From NCBI GenBank assembly GCA_965140445.1, contig OZ223236.1, forward strand, positions 3,776,001 through 3,840,000: DNA of 64,000 bases, given 5' to 3'. Source of the DNA: Candidatus Ozemobacteraceae bacterium (GTDB lineage: Bacteria > Muiribacteriota > Ozemobacteria > Ozemobacterales > Ozemobacteraceae). Made by a program: the position numbers and the translations under genes. Shown here piece after piece: positions 29,101 to 38,602 of the stretch (positions are counted from its first letter, which is position 1; each line of letters opens with the position of its first letter). The notes under the pieces were generated by a model. The model was given only the letters and a program-made list of their open reading frames with translations. It made no database searches and was not told the DNA's origin.

Positions 29101-32058
29101 CTTCGATCGCTGTGAGAGAGAGAAGTCGAGCTTACTCAGAACCTTTAAGCTAAATATCTCAAAAGTTTGAGACAATAGCTCATCGTTTTCTTCTTTCTTT
29201 GCTCGTCTTGCCCTGCCATCGCACCATGCTAAGGCACATATCAATTTTTCAAAAGTTAGAAACCATTTTTCTGGGGTCAGAGAATCTATCTCTGGACATT
29301 TGGCTGTGGAGGAGAAATAACCTTTTGCTCTCCAATATTGCGACATATGAGTTAGTAATTGGAAATCAATATCTACATTATTGCTTGAGACAAATTTTGT
29401 GGGTATTAGGTTGTTCTTTTCTGATTTTTCATAGGCAAGTTCGACTATTGAAATTGGAGCGCCCAATTCAATTAAAACATTAATCGCGCTTTGTGCCAAA
29501 TATGGTGGAATTTCTTCTTCTCTGTTAAGCAACTCCTCTAGATCAGAAAACAATTTGCTTAATGGGGCAGGACTTATTGGGATAGCAAATTCAATTGAAG
29601 TTTGCTTCAGGGTTACCAGTATTTCGATTAGGGTTAAGAAGTAATTTGGCGGCAACTTTTTCTGAGCAGTGGCTTTAAGAAACTCTTTTGCTGTCACATA
29701 TTTTTTAGAGATAAGAATTAATAAAACAGAAAAAAGACAATTTACTGTTGCCACTAGTTTATCTGCAACTTCAGTGTTCTTTTCGCCAAAATGCGCTCTA
29801 ATTGTATTGCAATAACAAGCTATAATTTTGGGTATCTTCATTGGATTTACTTCATCAGATATTTGATTCAATAAAAAATTAGTGATTATCAATTTGCTGT
29901 TTATATCTACGAAGCTACCTATTTCCAAAGCTTTATTTGATAGCAAATCAGTAAGGTTTTTGTCCAATAGGTTTAGTATCTTTTGGGCTTCAATCTTAAA
30001 ATCGGCCTCAATTAATTTTATTGATATATTTAAAGCGCTTTGTGGAGATATTATGAGATGATTGTATCGAATAGCATGTTTAATAGCCTCGCTTGGACGA
30101 TTGAGAGAAATTAATGCCTTAGTGAGTAATCCAGCATTTTCTGCAAATAAGGTGTCATATCGAAAACTTGCTCTTTGGGAAAGCAAAAGAATTCTAATCA
30201 CCTCTTCTGCTGGACCATGCTTTATCGAGGCTGATAAAGTAGAGGCGATATCGTATAATACAGTATCAGGTTCTACCTCATTTTTTACACAAGCATCAAG
30301 CCAACTTTGGTTACACTCATAAATTGCCTTTGAGATGTCCCCATCATTAGAGCGTAGCAAATGATAAATTTGATTTAATAAGCCATATCTCGATAAACTT
30401 CCGTTTTTACATGCGCATGCTATACGCTCATGAATAACTTCATCTAAGTGCTTGGTTTTGTTCCTCAAAAACTCAGAGAAGGATGGGTGATAAATTGTTG
30501 TGGTGTCTGAGTCATAAAAAAGATGTTGAATTCTACTGATTGTTGGTATGAATACTGCTCGCTCAGTAGAAGAAAGAATATCCAAAAGTTTTTTAGTTTT
30601 TATTCCCCACCGTAAACGTGCAATAATAGCTAGAAAATTTAAAGCTTCATTATCTTTAATTAATGTTTCCCATAAGCTTTCATAATAATTTTCAATTTGT
30701 CCACCAAGCGGTGGAAATTGCTCCAGAGAATCACTTTTACTATTATTAATGTGTTCTATCAAATATCGAAGATAAAGTGGATGTCCCTGTGCTTTTTCGC
30801 AAATTGAATGAATAAGTTTATGCGAAGCCAACTTTGATAAAATGTTTTCCCAGCAAAATTTCTGACTTGCCAACATTGATAATGGAGGCAAAGTAATTTT
30901 GCTAGAATCATTTATTCGTCCGCTCAATGTCGAAGAAATGGTATCGAAATTTGGGGCTGTAAATACGATTTTAACTCCACTTGGTAGAGCTTTTGGCAAA
31001 ACTCCAATGAGTTTCAATAGTGAACAGGAGTCTACAGAATAAGCTTCATTAATCCCATCGACAAAAAGAACAGCGCATTTCTTATTTTCCAAACAGTATT
31101 TTGATAAAGTTCCAAAAAGTTGGGACGCTTTAGCAACCAATTTAGGGTAAGTTGCATCAACTTTGCCAGAAGAACTCCCAAAAATGAGCATAGAAATTTG
31201 GTTTGAAAGCCAATCAAAAAAAACTTCAGGTTGCGTGCGAACGATGATGTCTGCCCCTGATCTTATGTTGCCTAGGTTATAACAGCCCAAAGAAATAATG
31301 TTAGGAGCAATAGGTTTGAAGGAATTGCAATAGGTTGTTTTTCCTATTCCATGAGCCCCACCAACAAAAAAGAAGTTTTCTCCAGATTCAACTATTTTGC
31401 TTTCAAATGCATTTTGAAAGTTAAGCCTATCAGCTAATCTTTCGCTCGTGACGGATGAATCATTTTCAGCGGAAGATTTTTCGGATAAATAAATTTTATT
31501 CTTTTCAAGGAATTCTTTTATAGCGCTAATGCTAATGGCACCAATGTTATTTCCAGCTTTTAGTCTTATAATTCCTCTACAGGTGCCTTCAATAAAAAGT
31601 GCCGATCCAGATATTCCTTGGTATAAATTAGGTTTAGTTGCTTCATCTACTGAAAGGTCTATATCAATTCTTGCTTGAGGTGAGCTTAAAATTTGTGAAA
31701 TGGTTCCTGAAAGTGTTTGCCCAATGGACCGCTTTTCCTGAGGATAACCAAAAGTTTGCCAATTGTTTCCTTGCTGAGGGGTGACAGGAAGCAGATCTAC
31801 AGGATACCGCTTAAGAGGTGAAGGAAGAACTAATATACACACATCAAACTCTTCTGAAACATCAAGCACATTTGCTTCTATCTCGATGGATCTAATTTTA
31901 TTTGGAAAAGTCAAAATAATCTTTTCCGAATTTTCAATGGAATTTTTAATACAGTGGCGTGCGGTTAATACATGTTTGTTTGAAACAAGGTGCCCAGTTC
32001 CTTTATCATTTCCACATTTAATTGAGCATGTAGCAAGATGTAGTAATTTCTCAATCAT
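26170..32058 (-). CDS. avs1b: AVAST type 1 trypsin-like protease-STAND NTPase Avs1b
   Basis: VLTARHC, DVCIL, GISGSAL triad; Walker A GAHGIGKT, Walker B LFVDGINE, GHPLYL; SMGPNWYKEDQL, GEMTFQRYVR; ATG 32058 overlaps the avs1a end. Confidence 0.92.
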   Translation of the reverse strand: MIEKLLHLATCSIKCGNDKGTGHLVSNKHVLTARHCIKNSIENSEKIILTFPNKIRSIEIEANVLDVSEEFDVCILVLPSPLKRYPVDLLPVTPQQGNNWQTFGYPQEKRSIGQTLSGTISQILSSPQARIDIDLSVDEATKPNLYQGISGSALFIEGTCRGIIRLKAGNNIGAISISAIKEFLEKNKIYLSEKSSAENDSSVTSERLADRLNFQNAFESKIVESGENFFFVGGAHGIGKTTYCNSFKPIAPNIISLGCYNLGNIRSGADIIVRTQPEVFFDWLSNQISMLIFGSSSGKVDATYPKLVAKASQLFGTLSKYCLENKKCAVLFVDGINEAYSVDSCSLLKLIGVLPKALPSGVKIVFTAPNFDTISSTLSGRINDSSKITLPPLSMLASQKFCWENILSKLASHKLIHSICEKAQGHPLYLRYLIEHINNSKSDSLEQFPPLGGQIENYYESLWETLIKDNEALNFLAIIARLRWGIKTKKLLDILSSTERAVFIPTISRIQHLFYDSDTTTIYHPSFSEFLRNKTKHLDEVIHERIACACKNGSLSRYGLLNQIYHLLRSNDGDISKAIYECNQSWLDACVKNEVEPDTVLYDIASTLSASIKHGPAEEVIRILLLSQRASFRYDTLFAENAGLLTKALISLNRPSEAIKHAIRYNHLIISPQSALNISIKLIEADFKIEAQKILNLLDKNLTDLLSNKALEIGSFVDINSKLIITNFLLNQISDEVNPMKIPKIIACYCNTIRAHFGEKNTEVADKLVATVNCLFSVLLILISKKYVTAKEFLKATAQKKLPPNYFLTLIEILVTLKQTSIEFAIPISPAPLSKLFSDLEELLNREEEIPPYLAQSAINVLIELGAPISIVELAYEKSEKNNLIPTKFVSSNNVDIDFQLLTHMSQYWRAKGYFSSTAKCPEIDSLTPEKWFLTFEKLICALAWCDGRARRAKKEENDELLSQTFEIFSLKVLSKLDFSLSQRSKWVDGYAIPEQLLPFIYQKVISIFLNCFHDKILEFLKSLNTRLPKQLGLYNEGFRQVLDILIFELTFTKRNKQVSGEAFKILKFWKNYLISGIENRHELVPEILHLIPYFTHFSAHEEAKSLFEKALELSMGPNWYKEDQLSLMLESFKSTDHFSEESKFFSKIAGYLEHCSGEMTFQRYVRQQKHELIAELFRRDKFEGGFQYFVHQSCGPLEHLKNEALSGNVDKISKFEGMRFPGGAIDEQSAILEIVKNSKKQNWRLRWALLEVFQCGDERYLTDFAKEYAEIVNQNFGKPEENHEIIYRLNIVTGTELDSCDLLTFLKSFFEHLNEKFHQSFNKLKEKLTIEAEKGSTQQFPNTISPSKDENHDIDDDKVRETDDDIDENLLFMPGTFGTKASSANFQSELNRAKSELELGNQIASAEASANAIKILQDGGWGIWTNSHSASHREAEAIILQASKDSHELISFYSSMIENEQFTEKWLIAGYLIPKIMKLSPDESKSILLDYIFEHFQQVVGNANNEINTYSFLDKSNKLDGNETLYSLVAWLVDHPKRLRREKAIEMLLWLVSPKASFFNNVIQEAFSMKVGYSPDILAGIIDSFSSKDPLALWSIVCPTLEKKKIISHCKHASRLLILRRISKRAADSGSKTGAKILKELSQKIRNEKLTQENNNSEYSIPYWAECISHILQPLHDMEFSIKHIISEMTTELKKVCLPLKISEAFEIENLVSKGFRERNNSYLNRWEAKVRFALNVSLFKLLTEEEIIEIERLIRPYNQSFPRRNLTDAFSMRNLNIPFLDDPIRDDIRKIIGNEDQYFLHFYGILRDAENQRNLSVEAIACYIHSSQLQEMAFPHPRNFQKMCSSDQPDFRKIDSDYETCITFDPAPIFGGEVTPAIPFPHFSQIIKLKADGFQRISWLINRSSSPYCLGQPKYEGCLLAIEKEQISIPNDRELIWYLFNNDTFMGIIDSEGNNYTRGY

Positions 32059-33262
32059 TATTTGCGGCTCCAATCTTTATCCAGTTGATTGCATTTTCAT
32101 GAATTGAAAATGTCGAATTTGATTTGCATATATGTTTGCTAATTTTTTGCGAGGTGGATGTAGAGTAATTGAAATAAATTTTCCTAGGAAAAGTAGCACT
32201 TCGATCTAATATGGCCTTTATAAGCTCCTCTGATGGATGTCCGCGCTTTTGTCCGTTTGATGAAACTAAAAAAACTGGTGAATCAATAATTCGAAGCAAA
32301 TCTGGACTGGTGCTCCGACAACTACCATGGTGCGAAATTTTGATTGCATCAAAAATAATGGGGAATTCTTGATCTTTTAAGCTCTTTAAAGCTTCTATTA
32401 TATCTTCGGCCCAGGAATCTCCTAAAAAAAGTAACTTTGATTTTCCCATTTCAACAATCATAGAAATTGAGCTCCCGTTAGTAATGGATTGATCAGGGCT
32501 ATAAATTTCATCAAGGCTCTTTTCATCGGAAGAGCAAAGCTCAATATGCTCCTCCTCTTGGGTCGATTGAGTTTTCATTGAACAGAGAAATTCAAATGCA
32601 TCATCAAAAATAGGACTATCACTTATTTGGCTTGCAAACCCTAAACTTTGCAAATCACTAAGCCAGTAATCATGCAGTTGCGCTAGTCTTTCTTTTGTGG
32701 GCGCCAGGACACGTATGCTCACATTAGGGGAAATATTATAACAAGAGTAGCTTTGGCAATTTATACTGCAAAAACCTTCTTTTTCATTCCATTTATAACC
32801 ATTTTTTAACAGTACTGCTCCTAATGAGCTTCCTTGTTTTGAGCTGATTTCTTCGTGATCATTAAGATTCAAGGGATTGGTTGAAAGTCCGAGCCTACAA
32901 ATTTCGGTGATAAGTTCTTGATCCGCCGCTAAGAGCTCTTCTGATTGGGACTTGTGGTTTTTTATGCTTCTTAAGCTGTTGTGCCAAACCTCATTTACTT
33001 TAATAATTGATGGATTCATTGAACTTCCATTTTGTTCAAAAAACTTGATTAGTCCTGCTATATGGTCCGAGTCTATATGAGTTGCCACAACAAGGTCTAA
33101 TGATTCACCTTCGGTGTGGAGCTTTTTTAAGTCAGGCAAAATGCAATTTTGAAAAGTTGTAGAAAAGCCACCATCAATAAGTAAGATAGTAGGGGCTGGG
33201 CCAGATTCTTTTATCAGGAAAGCATCACCATTAAAAGATGGATACATTTTAATATATGACAT
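32051..33262 (-). CDS. avs1a: AVAST type 1 MBL-fold metallo-hydrolase Avs1a
   Basis: NGDAFLI, LIDGG, THIDSDHIAG, WHNS, NGSSI, LFLGDS, KISHHGS, GHP. Confidence 0.92.
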   Translation of the reverse strand: MSYIKMYPSFNGDAFLIKESGPAPTILLIDGGFSTTFQNCILPDLKKLHTEGESLDLVVATHIDSDHIAGLIKFFEQNGSSMNPSIIKVNEVWHNSLRSIKNHKSQSEELLAADQELITEICRLGLSTNPLNLNDHEEISSKQGSSLGAVLLKNGYKWNEKEGFCSINCQSYSCYNISPNVSIRVLAPTKERLAQLHDYWLSDLQSLGFASQISDSPIFDDAFEFLCSMKTQSTQEEEHIELCSSDEKSLDEIYSPDQSITNGSSISMIVEMGKSKLLFLGDSWAEDIIEALKSLKDQEFPIIFDAIKISHHGSCRSTSPDLLRIIDSPVFLVSSNGQKRGHPSEELIKAILDRSATFPRKIYFNYSTSTSQKISKHICKSNSTFSIHENAINWIKIGAANND

Positions 33263-33365
33263 TTAAGGCCCTAAATGCGAAAGATGGGTATTTTAGCTTA
33301 AGATGTAATTAAAGGTATTATAATGAAATAGTGTGATGAAGTTCAATGAAAAGTATATATAGTAT

Positions 33366-33709
33366 TTGGTAATACAAGACAATGCTGGGTTGAATCTATC
33401 TTTTTGGGAGGATTTCATAAGTGGAAGTCTAAAACTATTACCCGTGAAAAAATTTGACACCTTTTTAAACACTTCGAATCACTTAAAATGCATATCTAAG
33501 TTTCCAGAGTTCAAACTGGAGAATGAAAGCAATAGTAGTGCACTTAAAGAGTATAAGAGTAAGTTTAATTCCAAGTGGAACAAGCTTATTGAGCTTAACT
33601 CAAGAAAATGGCTTTTCCTTTCTGCAGCTCGCAATATGGTTAACTTAAATGGACTAAGCAATATTATACGCTTAGTCCATCGGTTTGCGTTTAGAATATT
33701 TAACTTTTG
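33366..33709 (+). pseudogene. Hypothetical ORF apparently cut by the IS256 left end
   Basis: Reading frame runs into the IS end at 33710 and stops inside it. Confidence 0.35.
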
Positions 33710-34650
33710 GAGTCTGTAAATTAAATTGTGTAACTGCTTGTAATCCGATATTAATAAAATAGGAGAAACAAGCATAATGGATGAAAGAAAAATTAAGCTT
33801 CTGGCCGAAGAATTAGCCAAAGACATAAAAAGTGAAGCTGATCTATCTAAGCTTACCCAGATTTTTGTAAAAACCACAGTTGAAAAAGCTCTTGGTGTCG
33901 AAATGGAGTCTCATCTTGGTTATTCCAAGCATTCTTCTTTAGGACAAAAGTCTGGCAACAGTAGAAATGGCTACAGTCAGAAAACCTTAAGAACTGATAA
34001 TGGTGAGGTTTTAGTATCTACTCCCCGTGACCGGAATGGAACTTTTGAACCTGAGATTGTTAAAAAAGGACAGACTCGTCTAAAGAGCTTTGATGATAAG
34101 ATTCTCTCGCTTCATGCGAAGGGAATGACTACCAGAGATATTGTTGAGACATTTAAGGAGATGTATGATGCGGACATCTCAGCCGCTCTAGTTTCCAAAG
34201 TTACCGAAGCTGTAATAGAAGATGTCGTTGCCTGGCAAAATAGACCCTTAGAAAGCATTTTATCCTGTTGTCTATTTAGATTGTATTGTTGTTAAAATTC
34301 ACCAAGATAAAAGGGTCATTAATAAAGCCATTTATCTGGCTCTTGGCATAAATCTAGAAGGCCATAAAGAGCTTTTAGGAATGTGGATATCTGAAAATGA
34401 GGGCGCAAAATTTTGGCTATCTGTTCTAACCGAATTGCAAAACCGAGGTCTTAAAGACATTTTTATCTGCTGTGTTGACGGCTTAAGCGGCTTTCCCGAA
34501 GCGATTCAGACTATTTATCCAAATGCTGCCATTCAGCTTTGTATAGTTCATATGGTCAGGAATTCATTGAAATATGTAACTCTCAAAGATAGAAAAACGG
34601 TTGCAGCAGACCTTAAGAAAATTTACAGATCAATTTCTGCAGATGAATAA
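33710..34650 (+). mobile_element. IS256-family remnant with frameshifted, truncated transposase
   Basis: Left end GAGTCTGTAAATTAAATTGTGTAA; ATG 33777; HLGY, RNGY, PRDRNGTFEP; extra T at ~34258-34261 before [24 protein letters not shown]; ends at ~34647 with no right end. Confidence 0.92.
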
Positions 34651-34844
34651 TAAAGGATGACACGCCAGAAGAGTAAAAAAAACTTATTGAATACATTTTC
34701 AAACTATTGAATTCATTTAACAGTGCTTTTGAAGAAATATACCCTAAAGAACCTCCTTTTGAATTTGCAGCGGAACAAGATTCCATTTCAGAAGATCAAG
34801 AAGAAAAAACTGATGTTTCTGATTCGATTTTAGAACAAATGTAG
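34651..34844 (+). pseudogene. Acidic C-terminal gene remnant
   Basis: ...KKLIEYIFKLLNSFNSAFEEIYPKEPPFEFAAEQDSISEDQEEKTDVSDSILEQM*, followed by an attC-like half site. Confidence 0.35.
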
Positions 34845-34876
34845 CGATGTGCAAACCTAAAGCAAAAAAAGCTTCT

Positions 34877-34965
34877 GTCGAACAAGTGTGTCGACACGGA
34901 AAAAACAGAAAAAATTGTAGTCGCTAAATAAAAAACATGATGCTACTAATGCTATTTTTTCTATT
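34877..34965 (+). other. Decayed attC-like site (left arm recognisable)
   Basis: GTCGAAC-AAGTG-TGTCGACA-CGGAAAA aligns with the left arm at 37066; right arm lost. Confidence 0.5.
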
Positions 34966-35083
34966 CGATTGAGTAAAAATTTCTGTTCCATGATTATCTA
35001 ATAAAAGCTGTTTTTTATTCAATACTGTTTTAATTAGGACATTTGTGTTATTTTACACAAAACACACACATTAAACGAGGTTG

Positions 35084-36391
35084 ATGATGATTGTAGATTT
35101 TAGTGCAAAAAACTATCTTTCAATACAAAATGAAATTACTCTAAGCTTTTTGGCGAACAAGAAAAATGATTCTCACGATCTTTTAATTGTACCAGTGGAA
35201 AAAGGGAGATACCATTTGCATTCATTTTCTGCTCTTTACGGACCAAATGCATCGGGAAAATCTAACATTATTAAAGCATTATCTGAACTTAGAAGATTTG
35301 TTCTTTATTCTCACAAACTAGACTTAGATATACCAATTCCGGCCTATAAACCATTTCGGCTTAACAAAAGCATGATTGGAAAGCCGACAAAATTTGAGCT
35401 AGAGTTTTTGGTTGAAAACATTCGCTATGTTTACATGGTTGAATTTGATCAAAAAGAAATTTTAGAAGAAGAACTGAACTTTTTTCCTGAAGGAAAAATT
35501 GCAAATTTATTCAAAAGGGCAAAAGGCGCGCCAATTAAGTTTGGTACATATTTTAAGGGTGAAAAAAAATCATTAGAAACGTTCCTATTACCTAACAGGC
35601 TATTCTTATCATTAGCGGCAAATTCTCAAAATGATCTATTGAAACCTGTTTATAGGTTTTTTATGAATGGAATAGATATTCACGTTAGAATGGACTCTTC
35701 TCACACCCCTTTTCATAACACTACTATAGAACTTAGGAACAAAGGTGTAAAATTCCAAAAGTTGCTTTCCATAATATTAAAAGCAGCTGATTTAAACGTA
35801 AAAGATGTTAAACTTGTTGAAGATCAAGATATTTCATCAAAAATTGAAGTTCCTAAAGACATGCCTATTGAATTAAAAAATAGGATTATGAACGACCTAA
35901 GATACAAGCCATATATTGGCCATCCAGTCTACAATAACGAGGAAGAAACTAATGAGATAGAGTATTTTGATTTAGAAGACGAAGAATCTACTGGAACTTT
36001 CAAAATGTATGATATTGCAGGTGAAGTTTTAAAGGCGTTGAGAAATGGGACTGTATTGATAATCGATGAATTTAACAGTGGCTTACATCCGCTATTGAAT
36101 AAATTTTTGGTTGAATTGTTTATCAACCCTAAAATAAATCGGTATAATGCACAATTATTTATCTCAACACATGATACCTGTGTTCTAGACTTGAAGAGAT
36201 TAAGAAGAGAACAAATTTGGTTTACTGAAAAAGATACAAAAGGGGCAACGCAACTATTTTCATTAGATGAATATGACAAAAATTTAATACGTGACTATTC
36301 TTCATATGGAAAAAACTACCTTGAAGGAAGATTTAGAGCAGTTCCAGCCCCTAACTTCTCTGATTTGCTTGAAGGATTATTTGATGCCTAA
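35084..36391 (+). CDS. rloA: RloA/AbiLi-like ABC-type ATPase (AAA_21)
   Basis: YGPNASGKSN, ESTGT, LIIDEFNSGLHP, QLFISTHD, RREQIWFTEK, YLEGRFRAVP. Confidence 0.88.
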   Translation: MMIVDFSAKNYLSIQNEITLSFLANKKNDSHDLLIVPVEKGRYHLHSFSALYGPNASGKSNIIKALSELRRFVLYSHKLDLDIPIPAYKPFRLNKSMIGKPTKFELEFLVENIRYVYMVEFDQKEILEEELNFFPEGKIANLFKRAKGAPIKFGTYFKGEKKSLETFLLPNRLFLSLAANSQNDLLKPVYRFFMNGIDIHVRMDSSHTPFHNTTIELRNKGVKFQKLLSIILKAADLNVKDVKLVEDQDISSKIEVPKDMPIELKNRIMNDLRYKPYIGHPVYNNEEETNEIEYFDLEDEESTGTFKMYDIAGEVLKALRNGTVLIIDEFNSGLHPLLNKFLVELFINPKINRYNAQLFISTHDTCVLDLKRLRREQIWFTEKDTKGATQLFSLDEYDKNLIRDYSSYGKNYLEGRFRAVPAPNFSDLLEGLFDA

Positions 36392-37001
36392 AAAAAGAAA
36401 AAAAAGTGGAACCAAAAAACTTGAAAAACGACTTCAAATAGTATGCGAGGGCAAAAAAGATAAGTCGGAAAGTGCTTATTTTAAAGCCCTGATAAAGGAT
36501 TGCTCTTTTGCTGGCGAAAGAGTGGAAGTCTCGGTTGTTGACACGAACAAAAACACAGGAAAAGAATTGGTTGAAGAAGCAAAAAAAAATAGAGAATTTG
36601 ATTTTGATGAAGTGTGGGTCGTTTATGATAAAGATGGATACACATTGCATGCCGACACATTCAGCCGAGCAATAGATAGCAACATTAAAATAGCCTTTTC
36701 CTCTATTTCATTTGAAACATGGATTTTATTGCATTTTGAATACACCACCAAAAATTTTCTAAAAAGTGAAGATATCATTCATCACATGAAGACAAAAAAA
36801 TATCTTGATTACCAAAAAAGTTCAAAGTCTGTTTACGAAGAAACTAAGAATAGGTTGGACACAGCAATAAAAAATGCTCAAAAAATACAAAAATATCAAA
36901 AAAAATCGAATCCAAAAGATACAAGAAGATATGAATTTGGTGCATACACCGATATTGACAAACTAATTGCCGCTATTTTTAAATTGCAAAGTGACAAATA
37001 A
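36384..37001 (+). CDS. rloB: RloB/AbiLii-like TOPRIM protein
   Basis: IVCEG, ESAYF, VWVVYDKD, SSISFETWILLHF; ATG 36384 overlaps the rloA end. Confidence 0.88.
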   Translation: MPKKRKKSGTKKLEKRLQIVCEGKKDKSESAYFKALIKDCSFAGERVEVSVVDTNKNTGKELVEEAKKNREFDFDEVWVVYDKDGYTLHADTFSRAIDSNIKIAFSSISFETWILLHFEYTTKNFLKSEDIIHHMKTKKYLDYQKSSKSVYEETKNRLDTAIKNAQKIQKYQKKSNPKDTRRYEFGAYTDIDKLIAAIFKLQSDK

Positions 37002-37065
37002 TTTAAGAATATTTATTAAAAAACTGCTACAGATTCCAAAACAATACAATTAATTTAATAAGACC

Positions 37066-37167
37066 GACGAACAAGAGCGTAAACTCGGAAAATAAAACCG
37101 GATCACGGGTCTTTCTTGCGCAACACCCGCGCCCGTCTTTTACTTCCGGTCACGACCGACGTTAAAG
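37066..37167 (+). other. Integron attC recombination site (102 bp)
   Basis: R'' GACGAAC, 5-nt spacer, L'' CGTAAACT ... L' GGTCACG, 6-nt spacer, R' GTTAAAG; long imperfect palindrome with extrahelical bases and four A/C oppositions that pair as G-T on the bottom strand. Confidence 0.8.
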
Positions 37168-37261
37168 ATAAAAAAAAGAAATAAATGTTGAATTCAAAAA
37201 ATACATAGAATCCGCGATAAAATTGAAAAGAAACTTGTTCAAATCAGAAACAAAATAGGAG

Positions 37262-37600
37262 CACAGGGATGGTCTGAGTTGATTGGTCAAACATTTTAAT
37301 TTCTTAGTGGTAACCAGCTATATTCATGCTGCAAACCTTTTCATTAGAAATGTTTGAGAAAGTCAACGATGATATTCCCTAAAGGCTATTGCATCAATTT
37401 CCAGGAGCTTGAAATTTTAGTCGAGCAAGAAGCTTTTTTGTCTTTGCATGATTAGAATCGCGGGCAAGGATCTCGTTACAAAAAAGTCTGGTTTTGTTTT
37501 CAATTCCTGGTTTGTAATAGATGAGGGCCAGATAATAGCAAACCTCATTGTCATTGAGCTTTTCTTTTATGCACCGTTCTAACATTTGTCGAGCAGTTTC
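37262..37600. repeat. Copy 1 of a ~330-bp direct repeat (TPR gene 3' end plus downstream DNA)
   Basis: Near-identical to 42011-42338, e.g. ATTCCCTAAAGGCTATTGCATCAATTTCCAGGAGCTTGAAA. Confidence 0.92.
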
Positions 37601-37819
37601 GGATTTTTTCATTTTTGCAAGAGATAAGGCGGATTTAAAATTTTCCTTGAAGGCCCACTCATCAACATTTTCGTCGGGGTCAGAAGACTTTGCCTTTTTT
37701 TGCTCTGGAAACAGCTTTTGTTGAAGTGCTAAGGCTTTTTCAGCAAGTTTGTTATGAGCAATCTCCCCAAAATACAGAACAATAAAACTGGTAATGTGGG
37801 CTAAAGATTGTTCTTGAAT
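37394..37819 (-). pseudogene. TPR protein C-terminal remnant
   Basis: Frame open 37819-37394 without a proper start; ARQMLERC...NEVCYYLALIYY TPR pattern. Confidence 0.65.
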
Positions 37820-37832
37820 TCAACATTATTTC
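37811..37832. repeat. Inverted copy of 37178-37200
   Basis: GAAATAAATGTTGAATTCAAAAA vs reverse complement GAAAT-AATGTTGAATTCAAGAA. Confidence 0.6.
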
Positions 37833-38086
37833 GATTTTATAGTTTGCTTGATACGGGGGAGATGCTTTTATTAATTGTGCACTAACGCAAACGCTAAATT
37901 TGATTGTTTTGGTCTCAGAAATTGGCCTTTAAAGAAGTTTTGGAGTATTTGAATGAATAAATGAACAGCCATTAAAAAGCATTATCGAGAGGTAATGAGA
38001 GGCAAGCTATATGCGCACAAACTGTGATCTTTACAAGATGACACGCATGGAGATAAAATGTTGAAAGATTATTTTGGGAGAAATAC

Positions 38087-38599
38087 ATGTCTATAATAGA
38101 AACAGCGAACTCAATTTCATCCCCGCTAGCGTTATTAAGCCTCGCTTTGATATTAGGAGCTTGGATTTACAAGAAGACATTGCGCCACGAAGAAGAGGTT
38201 CTTAAATCTCTTCCAGAAAGTGAACGAGACAGACATTTTGATAAATACCTAACTAGATACAAGATAGATGGAAAAAAACTTCCACAAAAGGATATATTGA
38301 AGCTTATATTAGCCGAGATGAATAACAGGCAAGAACTATTGAAATATTCCATGTTTACCTTGTCAGTCGTGTTTGTGTCCTGCTTTTATCTAACAGTTAC
38401 AAAATATCCAGACCAAAAACCTGAATTTGGAGCTAGCGGAGGAAATCTTGTCCACGTCGGAATAGTTGATGGAAAAGTTACCGGAGAATTCAACAACGAC
38501 AGCACCAATATGAATGCCTCGACAACGATGAATGTCGATCACGTGACACCCAATGGCCAGGCAGATTTTCGTTTTAACGGTACTTCCAAAGGAAATTAG
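38087..38599 (+). CDS. 2-TM protein with C-terminal beta-rich pseudo-repeats
   Basis: GGGAG RBS; TMs at about aa 13-28 and 87-104; repeats NLVHVGIVDGKVTGEFN and TTMNVDHVTPNGQADFRFN. Confidence 0.75.
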   Translation: MSIIETANSISSPLALLSLALILGAWIYKKTLRHEEEVLKSLPESERDRHFDKYLTRYKIDGKKLPQKDILKLILAEMNNRQELLKYSMFTLSVVFVSCFYLTVTKYPDQKPEFGASGGNLVHVGIVDGKVTGEFNNDSTNMNASTTMNVDHVTPNGQADFRFNGTSKGN

Positions 38600-38602
38600 A
38601 AC

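Noticed and set aside
33479..33877. 132-aa minus-strand ORF
   Set aside because: Spans the IS256 end and is antisense to the transposase
35042..35061. TTACACAAAA as the IS256 right inverted repeat
   Set aside because: Only 8 nt match the left end; better explained as a short local palindrome in the rloA promoter region
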